Shown here piece after piece: positions 10,655-20,553 of a stretch of 64,000 bases of DNA. Numbering within the stretch: the first letter of the stretch is position 1; each line of letters opens with the position of its first letter. The notes beneath the pieces were generated by a model that was not told where the DNA came from, ran no database searches, and saw only the letters and a list, made by a program, of their open reading frames with translations. Location: contig CAMSMU010000001.1 of NCBI GenBank assembly GCA_947061115.1, positions 3,361 through 67,360 of the forward strand, in the 5' to 3' direction. Made by a program: the position numbers and the translations under genes. The DNA comes from an uncultured Clostridium sp. GTDB lineage: Bacteria > Bacillota > Clostridia > TANB77 > CAG-508.

Positions 10655-10719
10655 ACACTTACCTTAACCTTTCTTATAAATATTTTTGTAAAAATGACTT
10701 TTTAATTTCTTGTTCGCTT

Positions 10720-11295
10720 TTACATATTTTTTTCATTTTTGTTTTTAATATAATCATATATAAACAATATACTTGCAAAAATGATTATTATAATTATTGA
10801 TAATATATCCCATATATCAATTATTGGCTCTAAAATCATTTTAGATAAGATAATATTTATAATTAAATAAACTGGTATTGATAATAATAAGGTAATTATC
10901 ATTGCCTTATTTTTTCTTTTTTGTAATAGTTTAAAAATCCAAAATATACACCATGCATATATAATTGCAATTATAGACATTGCAATTCCTATTGTGAATA
11001 TCATATTTTCTTTTATCAAAATACTTAATATATATAAATAAGGAATAACAATAACACTTAATATTGCTAAACTTATACTTATTCCTTTTTTGCCCAATGT
11101 CATTATTGGAATTAAAATTAACCAAGCAAACATAATTGAACTTGTTGTAATTATAGACCAAGTAAGTTTACCTAAAATGGCTAAATCACAAATAATGCAT
11201 ACTAATATTGCTATAAATAATAATGAGGTAACTAAAATAGAAATTGTTTTATTTTTTATAATGCTATTTTCATTTTTCCTTTTTTCTTTTTTCAT
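10720..11295 (-). CDS. polytopic membrane protein
   Basis: 191 aa with ~5 hydrophobic helices; downstream of the XRE regulator. Confidence 0.5.
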   Translation of the reverse strand: MKKEKRKNENSIIKNKTISILVTSLLFIAILVCIICDLAILGKLTWSIITTSSIMFAWLILIPIMTLGKKGISISLAILSVIVIPYLYILSILIKENMIFTIGIAMSIIAIIYAWCIFWIFKLLQKRKNKAMIITLLLSIPVYLIINIILSKMILEPIIDIWDILSIIIIIIFASILFIYDYIKNKNEKNM

Positions 11296-11392
11296 TTTCT
11301 ACCTCCTACAACTTGTAAATTTATTTGTTTACATATAACAATATACATTTTCTTTATGAACAAATAGTCTGTCCCTATGTTCGCAACCTATT

Positions 11393-11911
11393 TTAAACTT
11401 TTTTTCGAGTAAATGCAATCCCAAAGATTGATACAATAAAAATAATTGGTGCTATCCTAACAAATATCCACTCGAATGAGTGAAAAGAAACTCCTAAAAT
11501 AGCATTCTCTGGATTATTATAATCCCAATTAAAATAAGGACTATTTAATAAAAATAACGAGATGAAAATTATTATGATGATAGCACATAATGAAATTAGC
11601 ATCCAATGAATCATTTTTCTTTTTGCATTCTTCTTCTGTAATAGTTGTAAGTTTATTATCTCTAATTTTTCAGAAATTGATTTTAAATCATTTGCTTTAG
11701 ATTCTGAAACGTTTTCTCCAAGTAGACTACTTACTGGCGTCTCAAGAACCTCTGATATTGAGATTAACATTTCTGAATCTGGAACTGACAATCCTTGCTC
11801 CCATTTAGAAATTGTTTGCCTTACCACATTTAACTTGATAGCAAGTTCTTCTTGTGAAAGTCCTTTTGATTTTCTTATTAATTTAATGTTTTCTTTTAAC
11901 ATTTTAAACAA
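11393..11911 (-). CDS. XRE-family HTH regulator with C-terminal transmembrane region
   Basis: LSQEELAIKLNVVRQTISKWEQG followed by two TM helices. Confidence 0.75.
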   Translation of the reverse strand: MFKMLKENIKLIRKSKGLSQEELAIKLNVVRQTISKWEQGLSVPDSEMLISISEVLETPVSSLLGENVSESKANDLKSISEKLEIINLQLLQKKNAKRKMIHWMLISLCAIIIIIFISLFLLNSPYFNWDYNNPENAILGVSFHSFEWIFVRIAPIIFIVSIFGIAFTRKKV

Positions 11912-12004
11912 CTCCCTTCTTTACAAACTATTATATACAGATTAGATCGTTGCTACAAGCAATGCTTATTAACATTTAAGATTTATAACCCCAAATTGTA
12001 ATTC

Positions 12005-12379
12005 TTATTTCACTTTTTTATAAATACTTTCACAAGATTTACAAGTGATCTTTATTTCATAATTAGATAATTTCTTATCTAATATAGTAATTAAAGGATC
12101 ATTATCTTTAGGACAACATAATCTATTTTTTATAATAGTTAATTCATCATCGCAATTTTTTCCTATTTTACTATCTTCAAAATCTAATAATGCACTACCC
12201 TTATTACCACAATTACATTGATATTTTAATTCTACTTTATCATAAGTAGAATAACATAAATATCCTATGTTTTCATTACACTTATCACAATACATCCATC
12301 CTCCATAATTAGTTGCTAATCTTGTATTAGCTAATTCTTTGTTTTTCACTACTCTTGCCATAAATTTATCTCCTTTCAA
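12005..12379 (-). CDS. Cys-rich (zinc-ribbon-like) hypothetical protein
   Basis: CDKCN, CNCGN, CCP and CKSCE motifs. Confidence 0.4.
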   Translation of the reverse strand: MKGDKFMARVVKNKELANTRLATNYGGWMYCDKCNENIGYLCYSTYDKVELKYQCNCGNKGSALLDFEDSKIGKNCDDELTIIKNRLCCPKDNDPLITILDKKLSNYEIKITCKSCESIYKKVK

Positions 12380-12534
12380 AATTTTAATTCATTGTTATAT
12401 TTCTATATCTTCTGATTTAAAATTACTATAATATCTTGCTAAAATAGCAGTCATAATTATAACTCCTTTTTAATTTAAATATTTTCCATTTTTCATTTTT
12501 TCAATCATTTTATTAACTTGTAGGTTGTTTCAAC

Positions 12535-14019
12535 CTATCTTTCTAAATTTATAATTTTTTTTGCTACATTTTCAATAAATGTTTTATCATGTTCTACAAA
12601 AATGAGAGTAGGTTTATAATTTAAAATAGCATTTTCTATCTGTATTCTTGTTAATATATCAATATAATTCAAAGGCTCATCCCATATATAAATATTCGCT
12701 TGTTCTGATATACTTTTTGCAATTAGAACCTTTTTCTTTTGACCTTCACTCATATCTTGTATATTGGTATCAAAATCTGATTTAGATAAACCCATTTTTA
12801 TTAACATTGCTTTAAAGATGCTTTCTTCTATTTTATTATACCTAATAAAAGTTTTCAAATTTCCTTTTAAATCTTCTGTATCTTGTGATACATAAGATAT
12901 TTTTAAGTCATTTGCCACTTTAAATTCTCCATTATATTGTATTTCTTTTCCTATAATAAGTTTTAATATACTTGATTTTCCAATTCCATTTTTACCAATT
13001 ATTGCAACTCTATCTCCATTATTTATTTCAAAGGAAATAGGTTTGAATATTACTTGTTCACTATACTTTATCTGTAATTTATTTGCTAAAACTAACGGAT
13101 TTCTATTACTTTCTAAAGGAATAATTTTTAAGTCTTCATTTCTATCTATATTTTTCAATAAATTAGATTTTTCATCTATAGCTTTTTGAGTTCTTTGTTC
13201 AATAACTTTTGAACTTTTCATCATTTTAGCAGCTTTATGCCCTACATATCCCTTATCTATTGTAGTTTCTGGATTGTATCTTTTACTTTTTCCCTTTTCT
13301 GCTTCATTTGACCATTTTGCAGAATTTTTAGAAGCTATTTCAAGTCTATTTATGTTTTTTTGTAACTTTTCATTTTGCATTATTTCAAAATTATCTTGTC
13401 TATCCTTATTTTCTTTCCAGGATGAAAAATTGCCTTGCTTAATTTCAATATTAGTGTTATTTATAGCAATTATATGATCTACAACCTTATCTAAAAAATT
13501 TCTATCATGAGAGACTAATATAAATCCCTTCTTCTTTTCTAAATAACTAACTAAATTATTTCTTGTTTCAATATCTAAATGATTTGTAGGCTCATCTATA
13601 AGTAAAAAATTGTTTCCTTTTAAAAATAGACTTATTAAAAGTATCTTTATTTGCTCTCCACCACTTAATAAATTAAAATTTCTATATAATATTTCTGTAT
13701 CTGCATTAATTAAGTTCAGTTCTTTCATAATTTCCCACTCGTGGACATTTGGAGCAATTTCATGAACAACTTCTATTGACATTTTATTTTTATTTACAAC
13801 TTCAAAAGGGAAATAATCAACATCAACATTCTTAGATATTATACCTTTGTATTCATACTTTCCCTGCAATAATTTTAAAAATGTAGTTTTCCCTTTACCA
13901 TTTCTACCAATTAAACCCAATTTCCAATCAGTATCTATATTAAATGATACATCTTCAAATATATTCCTATAACTTCCATCATATCCAAAAGTCAAATCAT
14001 TTACTCTTATTGAAGCCAT
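12535..14019 (-). CDS. ABC-F family ATPase (two ABC domains and an inter-domain linker, Lsa/Vga-like)
   Basis: 494 aa with two Walker A sites (GRNGKGKTT, GKNGIGKSS), two LSGG signatures and a ~80-aa charged linker. It has no TM domain. It starts 43 bp after the histidine kinase gene. Confidence 0.65.
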   Translation of the reverse strand: MASIRVNDLTFGYDGSYRNIFEDVSFNIDTDWKLGLIGRNGKGKTTFLKLLQGKYEYKGIISKNVDVDYFPFEVVNKNKMSIEVVHEIAPNVHEWEIMKELNLINADTEILYRNFNLLSGGEQIKILLISLFLKGNNFLLIDEPTNHLDIETRNNLVSYLEKKKGFILVSHDRNFLDKVVDHIIAINNTNIEIKQGNFSSWKENKDRQDNFEIMQNEKLQKNINRLEIASKNSAKWSNEAEKGKSKRYNPETTIDKGYVGHKAAKMMKSSKVIEQRTQKAIDEKSNLLKNIDRNEDLKIIPLESNRNPLVLANKLQIKYSEQVIFKPISFEINNGDRVAIIGKNGIGKSSILKLIIGKEIQYNGEFKVANDLKISYVSQDTEDLKGNLKTFIRYNKIEESIFKAMLIKMGLSKSDFDTNIQDMSEGQKKKVLIAKSISEQANIYIWDEPLNYIDILTRIQIENAILNYKPTLIFVEHDKTFIENVAKKIINLER

Positions 14020-14062
14020 TACTCCTCCAATCCTAATAACAACTTACATTTCTTTAATTTAA

Positions 14063-15280
14063 TCAAATTTCAAAATATTTAATTATAAATATAGTTTCTT
14101 TTCCTACTTTTGATTGCACTGAAATACTCCCATTATTTTGCTCAATTATAGTTTTTGCTAAGGCAAGCCCTATACCTATACTTTCTCTTGAAGAATTTTT
14201 TCCTTTATAAAATCTTTCAAAAATATGATTACTTTCTTCTTCTTCAATTCCTTTTCCATTATCAATAATTTTTATTTCTGCATATAATTTATTTTTTTCA
14301 TAAATAATTTGTATTTTACCAAAATTTTCAGAATACTCTACAGAATTTTTAAGTATATTAGTTATTGCTTCTATTTGCCATTTCATATCACATTTTATAG
14401 TGTCTTCTTTATTACCCTTTACTAATATTTCAACATTTTTTAAGTCACATAATGTTGAAACATTTTTTATTGATTCGTTTATTATATCATTTATTTTAAC
14501 TTCTTTGTTTGTAAAATTTATTGTATTTGCGTCAAATTTAGATAATTTTAAAAGTGCTTGTACTAAAAAGTTTATATTAGTTATTTCTCTTTTTATATCT
14601 TTAATAAATTCCTTTTTTGTTTTTTCATCCATATTAGGATTATCTATTATATTATCTAACATTATAGTTATTGATGTAAGTGGTGTCTTTAATTGATGCG
14701 AAATATCTGATAAAGAATCCTTTAAATTCAATTTATCTTTTATAGAGTTTTCTGCTTGCTCTTTTAACATTATTGTAGTTTTATATATTTCATTTTTTAA
14801 AATTGATAATTCGTCTTCAGTATTTTCGTTTATATCTAACTTATAATTTTTCTTATTTATCTCTTCTATATATTTCGTTATTTGTTTCAATTTTCTATCT
14901 TTAGAATTATTATATTTTAAGAAAATAACTAATATTGACGTAGACAATAGTATCAGTAATGTTATATTTAATAATATAAATTTTTTAAAGTATTCTTCGT
15001 TTTCTATTATGGCAGAATCTCGTTCTAAACTAATACCATATTCCCTTAATACATCCTTATTTCTTAATTTACTATTATTTAAAATTTCAATCAAATCATT
15101 TTTTTCTATGTTAGGGTAAGTTATTAAAATTTTTTCAATTATACATTCTAATTTATTGTTAAAGTTTTTTGTATACATTCTATATTGATAAATATTAAAT
15201 ACAATAAAAATAATACTCCAAATCAAAATTGTGCATATACTAAACATTATTGTTTTTTTGAATTCTATTTTATTCTTCAT
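14063..15280 (-). CDS. two-component sensor histidine kinase
   Basis: Two N-terminal TM helices, an H-box SHQLKTPLTSI, and N/G boxes NAIKYS-like and IGIGLALAKTI. Confidence 0.8.
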   Translation of the reverse strand: MKNKIEFKKTIMFSICTILIWSIIFIVFNIYQYRMYTKNFNNKLECIIEKILITYPNIEKNDLIEILNNSKLRNKDVLREYGISLERDSAIIENEEYFKKFILLNITLLILLSTSILVIFLKYNNSKDRKLKQITKYIEEINKKNYKLDINENTEDELSILKNEIYKTTIMLKEQAENSIKDKLNLKDSLSDISHQLKTPLTSITIMLDNIIDNPNMDEKTKKEFIKDIKREITNINFLVQALLKLSKFDANTINFTNKEVKINDIINESIKNVSTLCDLKNVEILVKGNKEDTIKCDMKWQIEAITNILKNSVEYSENFGKIQIIYEKNKLYAEIKIIDNGKGIEEEESNHIFERFYKGKNSSRESIGIGLALAKTIIEQNNGSISVQSKVGKETIFIIKYFEI

Positions 15281-15923
15281 CTATTCTATATCCAATTCCT
15301 TTTATTGTTATAATTAAATCTGACTGTAGTTTTTCTCTTATTCTTTTTAAATACACTGTTACTGTGTTGTCATTAACATCATTTCCTGTCCATTCCCATA
15401 TCTTGTCTATAATTTCATTTCTGGTCACTACTTTATTTATATTTATAAAAAGCAAATGCAATATTTTAAGTTCTAAACTGGTCAAATCTATCTTTTTATT
15501 ATCTTTATATACTACCATTTTATCTATGTCAAATTTAATATCTTTTGCTTCTATTATTAAGTTTTTCTTTTCCCTTAATATTATCCTATTTATTCTTGCT
15601 ATTAATTCTTTAGTAGAAAATGGTTTTGTAATATAATCTTCTGCACCCAACTCTAAACCTTTTACTACAGTTTCCTCATCGTCTTTTGCAGTTAGGAAAA
15701 TAGTAGGAATATTTAGTTTTTTAATTACTTTATTATAAAGTTCAAATCCATTTCCATCTGGAAGTGAAATGTCTAATATTATAAAATCAATTTTATTATT
15801 TTTTAAAAAATATGTAGCATCTTTAACATTCATTTTATGAATTAAGTCGAATTTGTTTTGTTCAAATGAATATTTTAATCCCTTTGCTATCATTTCATCA
15901 TCTTCTACTAATAAAACTTGCAT
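15270..15923 (-). CDS. OmpR-family response regulator
   Basis: Receiver domain (LLVEDD, DLIILD, K) plus a winged-helix C-terminus (TVTVYLKRIREKL). Confidence 0.85.
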   Translation of the reverse strand: MQVLLVEDDEMIAKGLKYSFEQNKFDLIHKMNVKDATYFLKNNKIDFIILDISLPDGNGFELYNKVIKKLNIPTIFLTAKDDEETVVKGLELGAEDYITKPFSTKELIARINRIILREKKNLIIEAKDIKFDIDKMVVYKDNKKIDLTSLELKILHLLFININKVVTRNEIIDKIWEWTGNDVNDNTVTVYLKRIREKLQSDLIITIKGIGYRIDEE

Positions 15924-15981
15924 ATCTAATCCTTCCTTTTTTATTATTATATAATAAATTTAGAGAGATTTCTATATCTCC

Positions 15982-18540
15982 CTAAATATTCTCTTTTCTT
16001 ATTGTTTCTATTGTATTTTGCTTATTAATTTTTGATAATTCATATCTCATTATTATAAACACTAGAATAAATACAAATATGATTGATATTATTATAGGGT
16101 TTATAGGTATATATACACCACTATCTATTTTAACTGAAAACGATTTATACATTACAAATGTTCCTATTAATCCTAATATGATACCATATATTAATGATTT
16201 TGTTCCATAAAATAATGTTTCTAAATTTATCATTCTGTTAAATTCTTTTTTTGTCATTCCTATACTTTTAAGCATTGCAAATTCTTTTTGCCTTAATTCC
16301 ATATTAGATGTAATTGTATTAAATATATTTGTTATACCAATTAAACTTATTACTGTAATAAATCCATAAAGGAATATTTTTACAACTATAACCATAGAAT
16401 TCTGTTCTTTTGCTTCCGCTTCTATATTTCTAACTCTAGCATTATATGATACTTTTTTAACCTCTTCTTCTAATTTATCTGCATTATTAGATTGTATTAA
16501 AATTTCGCTTAATTGTAGCCCATAATCTTTATATTCTTCTGCATCTACTATTAAATATCCACCACTATAATATGTGTTTTCTAAACCATATGGTCTTATT
16601 TTTGATATTGCCCCTACTTTTATATTTACTTCTTTATCTTCACATTTTCCTGTAATTATATCATTTTTTGTATATTTATATTTTCTTAACTCTTTTGTAT
16701 TATTATCTTCTACACTATAAATTTGAATATAATCGCATAAAATTCCACTTTTCTTCACTTTTTCGTAGTTCTCGCCTATTTTTTTACAATAACTTTTAAA
16801 TGAATTACTATCTAATGCTGCTATTTCTAAATTAGAGTTTATTTCTTTATTAATAACGTTTCCATTTTCATCTTCCATATAAATGTCTGCTAATTCTGTT
16901 TGTTGATTTACTTTAGAAGAATCAGTAATTTCTATATATGATTTGCCATGATATAATTTGTAACTTCTTTCTATATTATTTAGCATTAGCATTTTATTTG
17001 CTTCTTCAGCCGTAAAATTCCCATATACTATCATATTATAATCGTAATCTTTATAATAATTGCCTGTAAATTCAAAAGCATTTGTAATAAAAGAATTCAT
17101 TGTAATAAATATGAATATACTGACAGCTATTGATATTACAGTAGTTCTATATTTTTTCTTACTTCTTTTTAAGTTTTTATATGCTAGCACTCCTCCAGTT
17201 TTAAATACTTTTGAAATTATTTTTGGTGTTTTTAGTTTTTTGCCTTTTATTTTTATATCATTTGAACTTCTTAATCCTTCAATTGGACTAATTTTGGCTG
17301 CTTTTTTAGCTGACATTATTGCTGATAAATATATAGTTACAAAGCCTAATATAATAGAAAGTATTATTGCAAAAATAGAAATTGTAAGTCCTATATTCTT
17401 TACATTACTAAGTATATAGTCACCTAATAAAGCATTTACTATTTTTAGCAGTATAAAATCTGCAAAAAGTCCTGATAATATTCCCAAAGGTATACCTATT
17501 ATTCCTAATATCATTGCCTCAAAAATAACATTTTTCTTTATTTGTTTTTTTGTTGCCCCTACACTTGAAAGCATACTATACATTTTTATTTTTTCAGTAA
17601 TTGATATTGCGAATGAATTTCTAATACAAAATACACTCGTAAATATAATTATAAATATAACTACGCCAACTACTGAATATAGCATACTTATAGTTGAGTC
17701 TGAAAATTCAAATACTTCCCACCTTAATAATTCAGTATTTATATCATAATTTTCATATTTTGAACTTGTAACACCTTTTTTTATTTCATTATAATCTTTT
17801 AGATCTAATATTCTTGGCATTGAAGTTTTATAGTCTTTTACATTCTTTAATGCTAAATATATATTTGTATTTCCTCTATCTATATTAGTGCTTATAGCTG
17901 TATAACCTGGATCACTATATTCTTCAAAACCATAATTAGGTCTTTCAATAATTCCTACAATCTTAAATGTTTTGCTTTCTTCATTTATTATATGTTCTGG
18001 CAATTCTTCTATATATGGATTATTTGTACCCAACTTTTCACCATCTAATGTTTGTCTGTCTCCTATATTTAATGTAATACTATCTCCTAATTTTAAGTTT
18101 ACCTTTCCATTATTTATTATATGATTACTAATTATTATTTCATTTTCATTTTTTGGAAAGCTTCCTTCTAATAATTTAAATTTTAGATTTTTAAAATTTT
18201 CATAATTAGTTGAATATACATGCAAATATGGCTTTCCTTGATTTTGACTTCCATTCAAAATTGAGTATCCAACCTCTTTTATTTCAATTGTAGATTTTAT
18301 ATCTCTATTATTTTTTAAATCTCTGATTTTTTCAGATGATATGTCTGATATCTTTATATGATAATATCCTGTTTCTTCTATAGTATTTTTTACTAATGTT
18401 TCCTTAAAACTTGTTCCGCATTGTTGCCACTGCGCATATCAAAGCTACTGAAAGTATGATTCCTATAATTGTACTTATTGTTCTTTTTCTATTTAGTTTT
18501 AAATTTCTTATAGATAAATTTTTAAGAATATTCATTTTAA
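15982..18540 (-). pseudogene. FtsX-family (BceB/MacB-like, duplicated FtsX) ABC permease, N-terminal frameshift
   Basis: 758-aa ORF with two FtsX modules and large extracytoplasmic domains. The true N-terminus MNILKNLSIRNLKLNRKRTISTIIGIILSVALICAVATM lies upstream in another frame. The coding strand reads ATGCGGAACAAG where ATGGGAACAAG is expected; the inserted base is at plus 18416..18418 (ccg). Confidence 0.7.
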
Positions 18541-18560
18541 TGTTACTCCTTTCTAATAAA

Positions 18561-19223
18561 TTAAACTATCTTTCCATCTTCTATTTTTATAATTCTATCT
18601 GCACATTTTGCTATTTCGATATTATGAGTTATCATTATTATTGTCTGCTTATAGTCTTTATTAGATTTTTTTAATAATTCTACAATCTCAGCACTTGCTT
18701 TAGAATCTAAATTTCCTGTTGGCTCGTCTGCAAGTATTATAGCTGGATTTGTTATCATTGCTCTTCCTATAGAAGTTCTTTGTTGCTGGCCTCCTGATAA
18801 TTCATTAGGCAAATGTTTTTTCCTGTTTTCTAATCCTAATACTTTTATTAATTCATTTAATCTTTGTTTATCTATTTCTCTATTATCTAAGTTAAGAGGT
18901 AAAGTTATATTTTCTTCAACATTTAAAATAGGTATTAAGTTATAAAACTGGTATATTAGTCCAACCTGCCTTCTTCTAAATATAGCTAATTCGTCATTAT
19001 TATATTTATATATATCTTTTCCATCTATAAACACTTTTCCACTTGTTGGTCTATCTACTCCACCAATTAAATGCAATAACGTAGATTTTCCTGAACCACT
19101 AGCACCTACTATTGCTACAAATTCTCCTTTATCTACTGAAAAGGAAACATTATCTAAAGCCTTTACTTCTGATCCTCCTTTTCCATAAATTTTATTTAAA
19201 TTCTCCACTCTTAAAATTTCCAT
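18561..19223 (-). CDS. ABC transporter ATP-binding protein (MacB/BceA type)
   Basis: GASGSGKST Walker A, LSGGQQQR signature; 220 aa. Confidence 0.85.
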   Translation of the reverse strand: MEILRVENLNKIYGKGGSEVKALDNVSFSVDKGEFVAIVGASGSGKSTLLHLIGGVDRPTSGKVFIDGKDIYKYNNDELAIFRRRQVGLIYQFYNLIPILNVEENITLPLNLDNREIDKQRLNELIKVLGLENRKKHLPNELSGGQQQRTSIGRAMITNPAIILADEPTGNLDSKASAEIVELLKKSNKDYKQTIIMITHNIEIAKCADRIIKIEDGKIV

Positions 19224-19249
19224 AATTTTTCTCCTTTCTTCTTTTCATT

Positions 19250-19300
19250 TAAATTATACCAGCTTTAAAGTGACAAGTAAGTGACTTAAGCAAATTTTAA
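19250..19300 (-). promoter_or_regulatory. promoter of the ABC/permease/RR/HK operon, with direct repeats GTCACTT as a candidate response-regulator box
   Basis: Minus strand reads AAGTCACTTACTTGTCACTTTAAAGCTGGTATAAT, an extended -10 TGGTATAAT; the GTCACTT repeat sits 13 bp apart. Confidence 0.35.
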
Positions 19301-19370
19301 CTAACTATTAATTAAATATTAATAATCTATGCTAATTTGTTATTTTACATCAAATATGTTAAAATTATGC

Positions 19371-19540
19371 TAGATACCGTTAGGGCTTATATGCATCATG
19401 CTCATCCAGTCCTGGGTATCAAAACTCTTTTGGCCCACAATATTCATCTTCGGCGGAGCACTCATAGTGTTTACCAGGTGGAAAAAAAACTAAAACTCAA
19501 AAACAGAAAAGAGCCCCTGCTAAGGGACTCCTTCTGTTTT
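19371..19540 (+). ncRNA. candidate small structured RNA (GC-rich island with its own promoter and terminator)
   Basis: Plus-strand promoter: TTGTTA (19336..19341), 17-bp spacer, TG-n-TAAAAT (19356..19364). The ~110 nt at 19380..19480 are GC-rich, unusual for this genome, with stems such as ccag/ctgg, tggg/ccca and cact/agtg. The segment ends at hairpin gagcccctgctaagggactc followed by cttctgtttt. Confidence 0.35.
19508..19540. terminator. bidirectional rho-independent terminator
   Basis: Hairpin GAGCCCCT-GCTA-AGGGACTC. It is flanked by T-runs on the plus strand and, on the minus strand, by TTTTCTGTTTTT just after the stop of the 19539..20438 gene. Confidence 0.6.
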
Positions 19541-20438
19541 ATTTATTTAATATTTTTTCTCTTAATCCATCTTCCATATTTATTTTTGTTGGTATTATAT
19601 ACTTCGCATCTATTCTATGTAATACTACATTTGTTATTGCCTTCATAGCCCTTGACCCATCAAACCATAATGGATTATCGCTATTTTCTCTTATTCTATT
19701 TAATGAAGTAATATAAGCATTTCTATCATATTTATCACTCATATCTATTGTAAGCATATACTTTTGTTTATCATCTTCATATAATTCATTTTTTATTAAA
19801 TCATATTTAGCATTATTGTACCAATATAAATGATCTCCTCCTGCAAGAATTAACAAATCACATTTAATGTTGAAATCATCTTCTATTAATGAATCTATGT
19901 ATGAATATACTTCATCAAAACTACAAGTTGGTATATCTTCTTTTAGCGTGCTAAATTTATTAGTAATATCTACAACACCAAAATTTAAATATTTTTTATA
20001 TATTATTTCTTTGTTATTTACAATTAATAATTCTGTTGAACCTCCACCGCCAATAAATATGCAAATATTCCCATTATATTCTATATTATTATAACATCCA
20101 AAAGCAGTATATACTGCTTCTTTTTCTTGTGATACAACAGATATTTTTATTTTAAATTTATCATATATGTAACTATTTATTTCTTCTAACTCTTCTTTTG
20201 TTATTTTTCTAAAAATACTGCAACCAAATACATAAACATTATTAGTATAGCTAAAAGCTTTTTCTATTTCACTACATAATTTTTCTATATCTTCACTATT
20301 AATTTTATTATATATTCCATAATTCTTTTTTAATTCTACTGTGCAAATATTTTCATATATGCTTTTTTGTTTTTCATATACGTGTGTTTTTGTATTATTA
20401 CTTCCTATTTCAATAATTGCAAATGTTGTTTCACTCAT
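19539..20438 (-). CDS. Ppx/GppA-family (ASKHA-fold) phosphatase-like protein
   Basis: N-terminal AIIEIGSNNTK and internal IFIGGGGSTELL glycine motifs, typical of the Ppx/GppA actin-like fold. Confidence 0.5.
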   Translation of the reverse strand: MSETTFAIIEIGSNNTKTHVYEKQKSIYENICTVELKKNYGIYNKINSEDIEKLCSEIEKAFSYTNNVYVFGCSIFRKITKEELEEINSYIYDKFKIKISVVSQEKEAVYTAFGCYNNIEYNGNICIFIGGGGSTELLIVNNKEIIYKKYLNFGVVDITNKFSTLKEDIPTCSFDEVYSYIDSLIEDDFNIKCDLLILAGGDHLYWYNNAKYDLIKNELYEDDKQKYMLTIDMSDKYDRNAYITSLNRIRENSDNPLWFDGSRAMKAITNVVLHRIDAKYIIPTKINMEDGLREKILNK

Positions 20439-20553
20439 ATAGTACCTCTTTTAATAAACTTTTATAATTTACATTATTATATATGTTTTATATAAAACTT
20501 TCAATCTTTATTTATATCTTTATATTTTTATTGGTTGCTATTAGAACTCAGGT

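Noticed and set aside
12519-12537. Hairpin TAGGTTG-ttt-CAACCTA at the ABC-F stop codon as a terminator
   Set aside because: On the transcribed minus strand it is followed by A-rich, not U-rich, sequence, and it sits inside the stop codon.
19337-19648. 103-aa plus-strand ORF spanning the GC-rich island
   Set aside because: It reads through a strong terminator hairpin into the 3' end of the minus-strand ppx-like gene and has no convincing RBS. The region is more likely non-coding.
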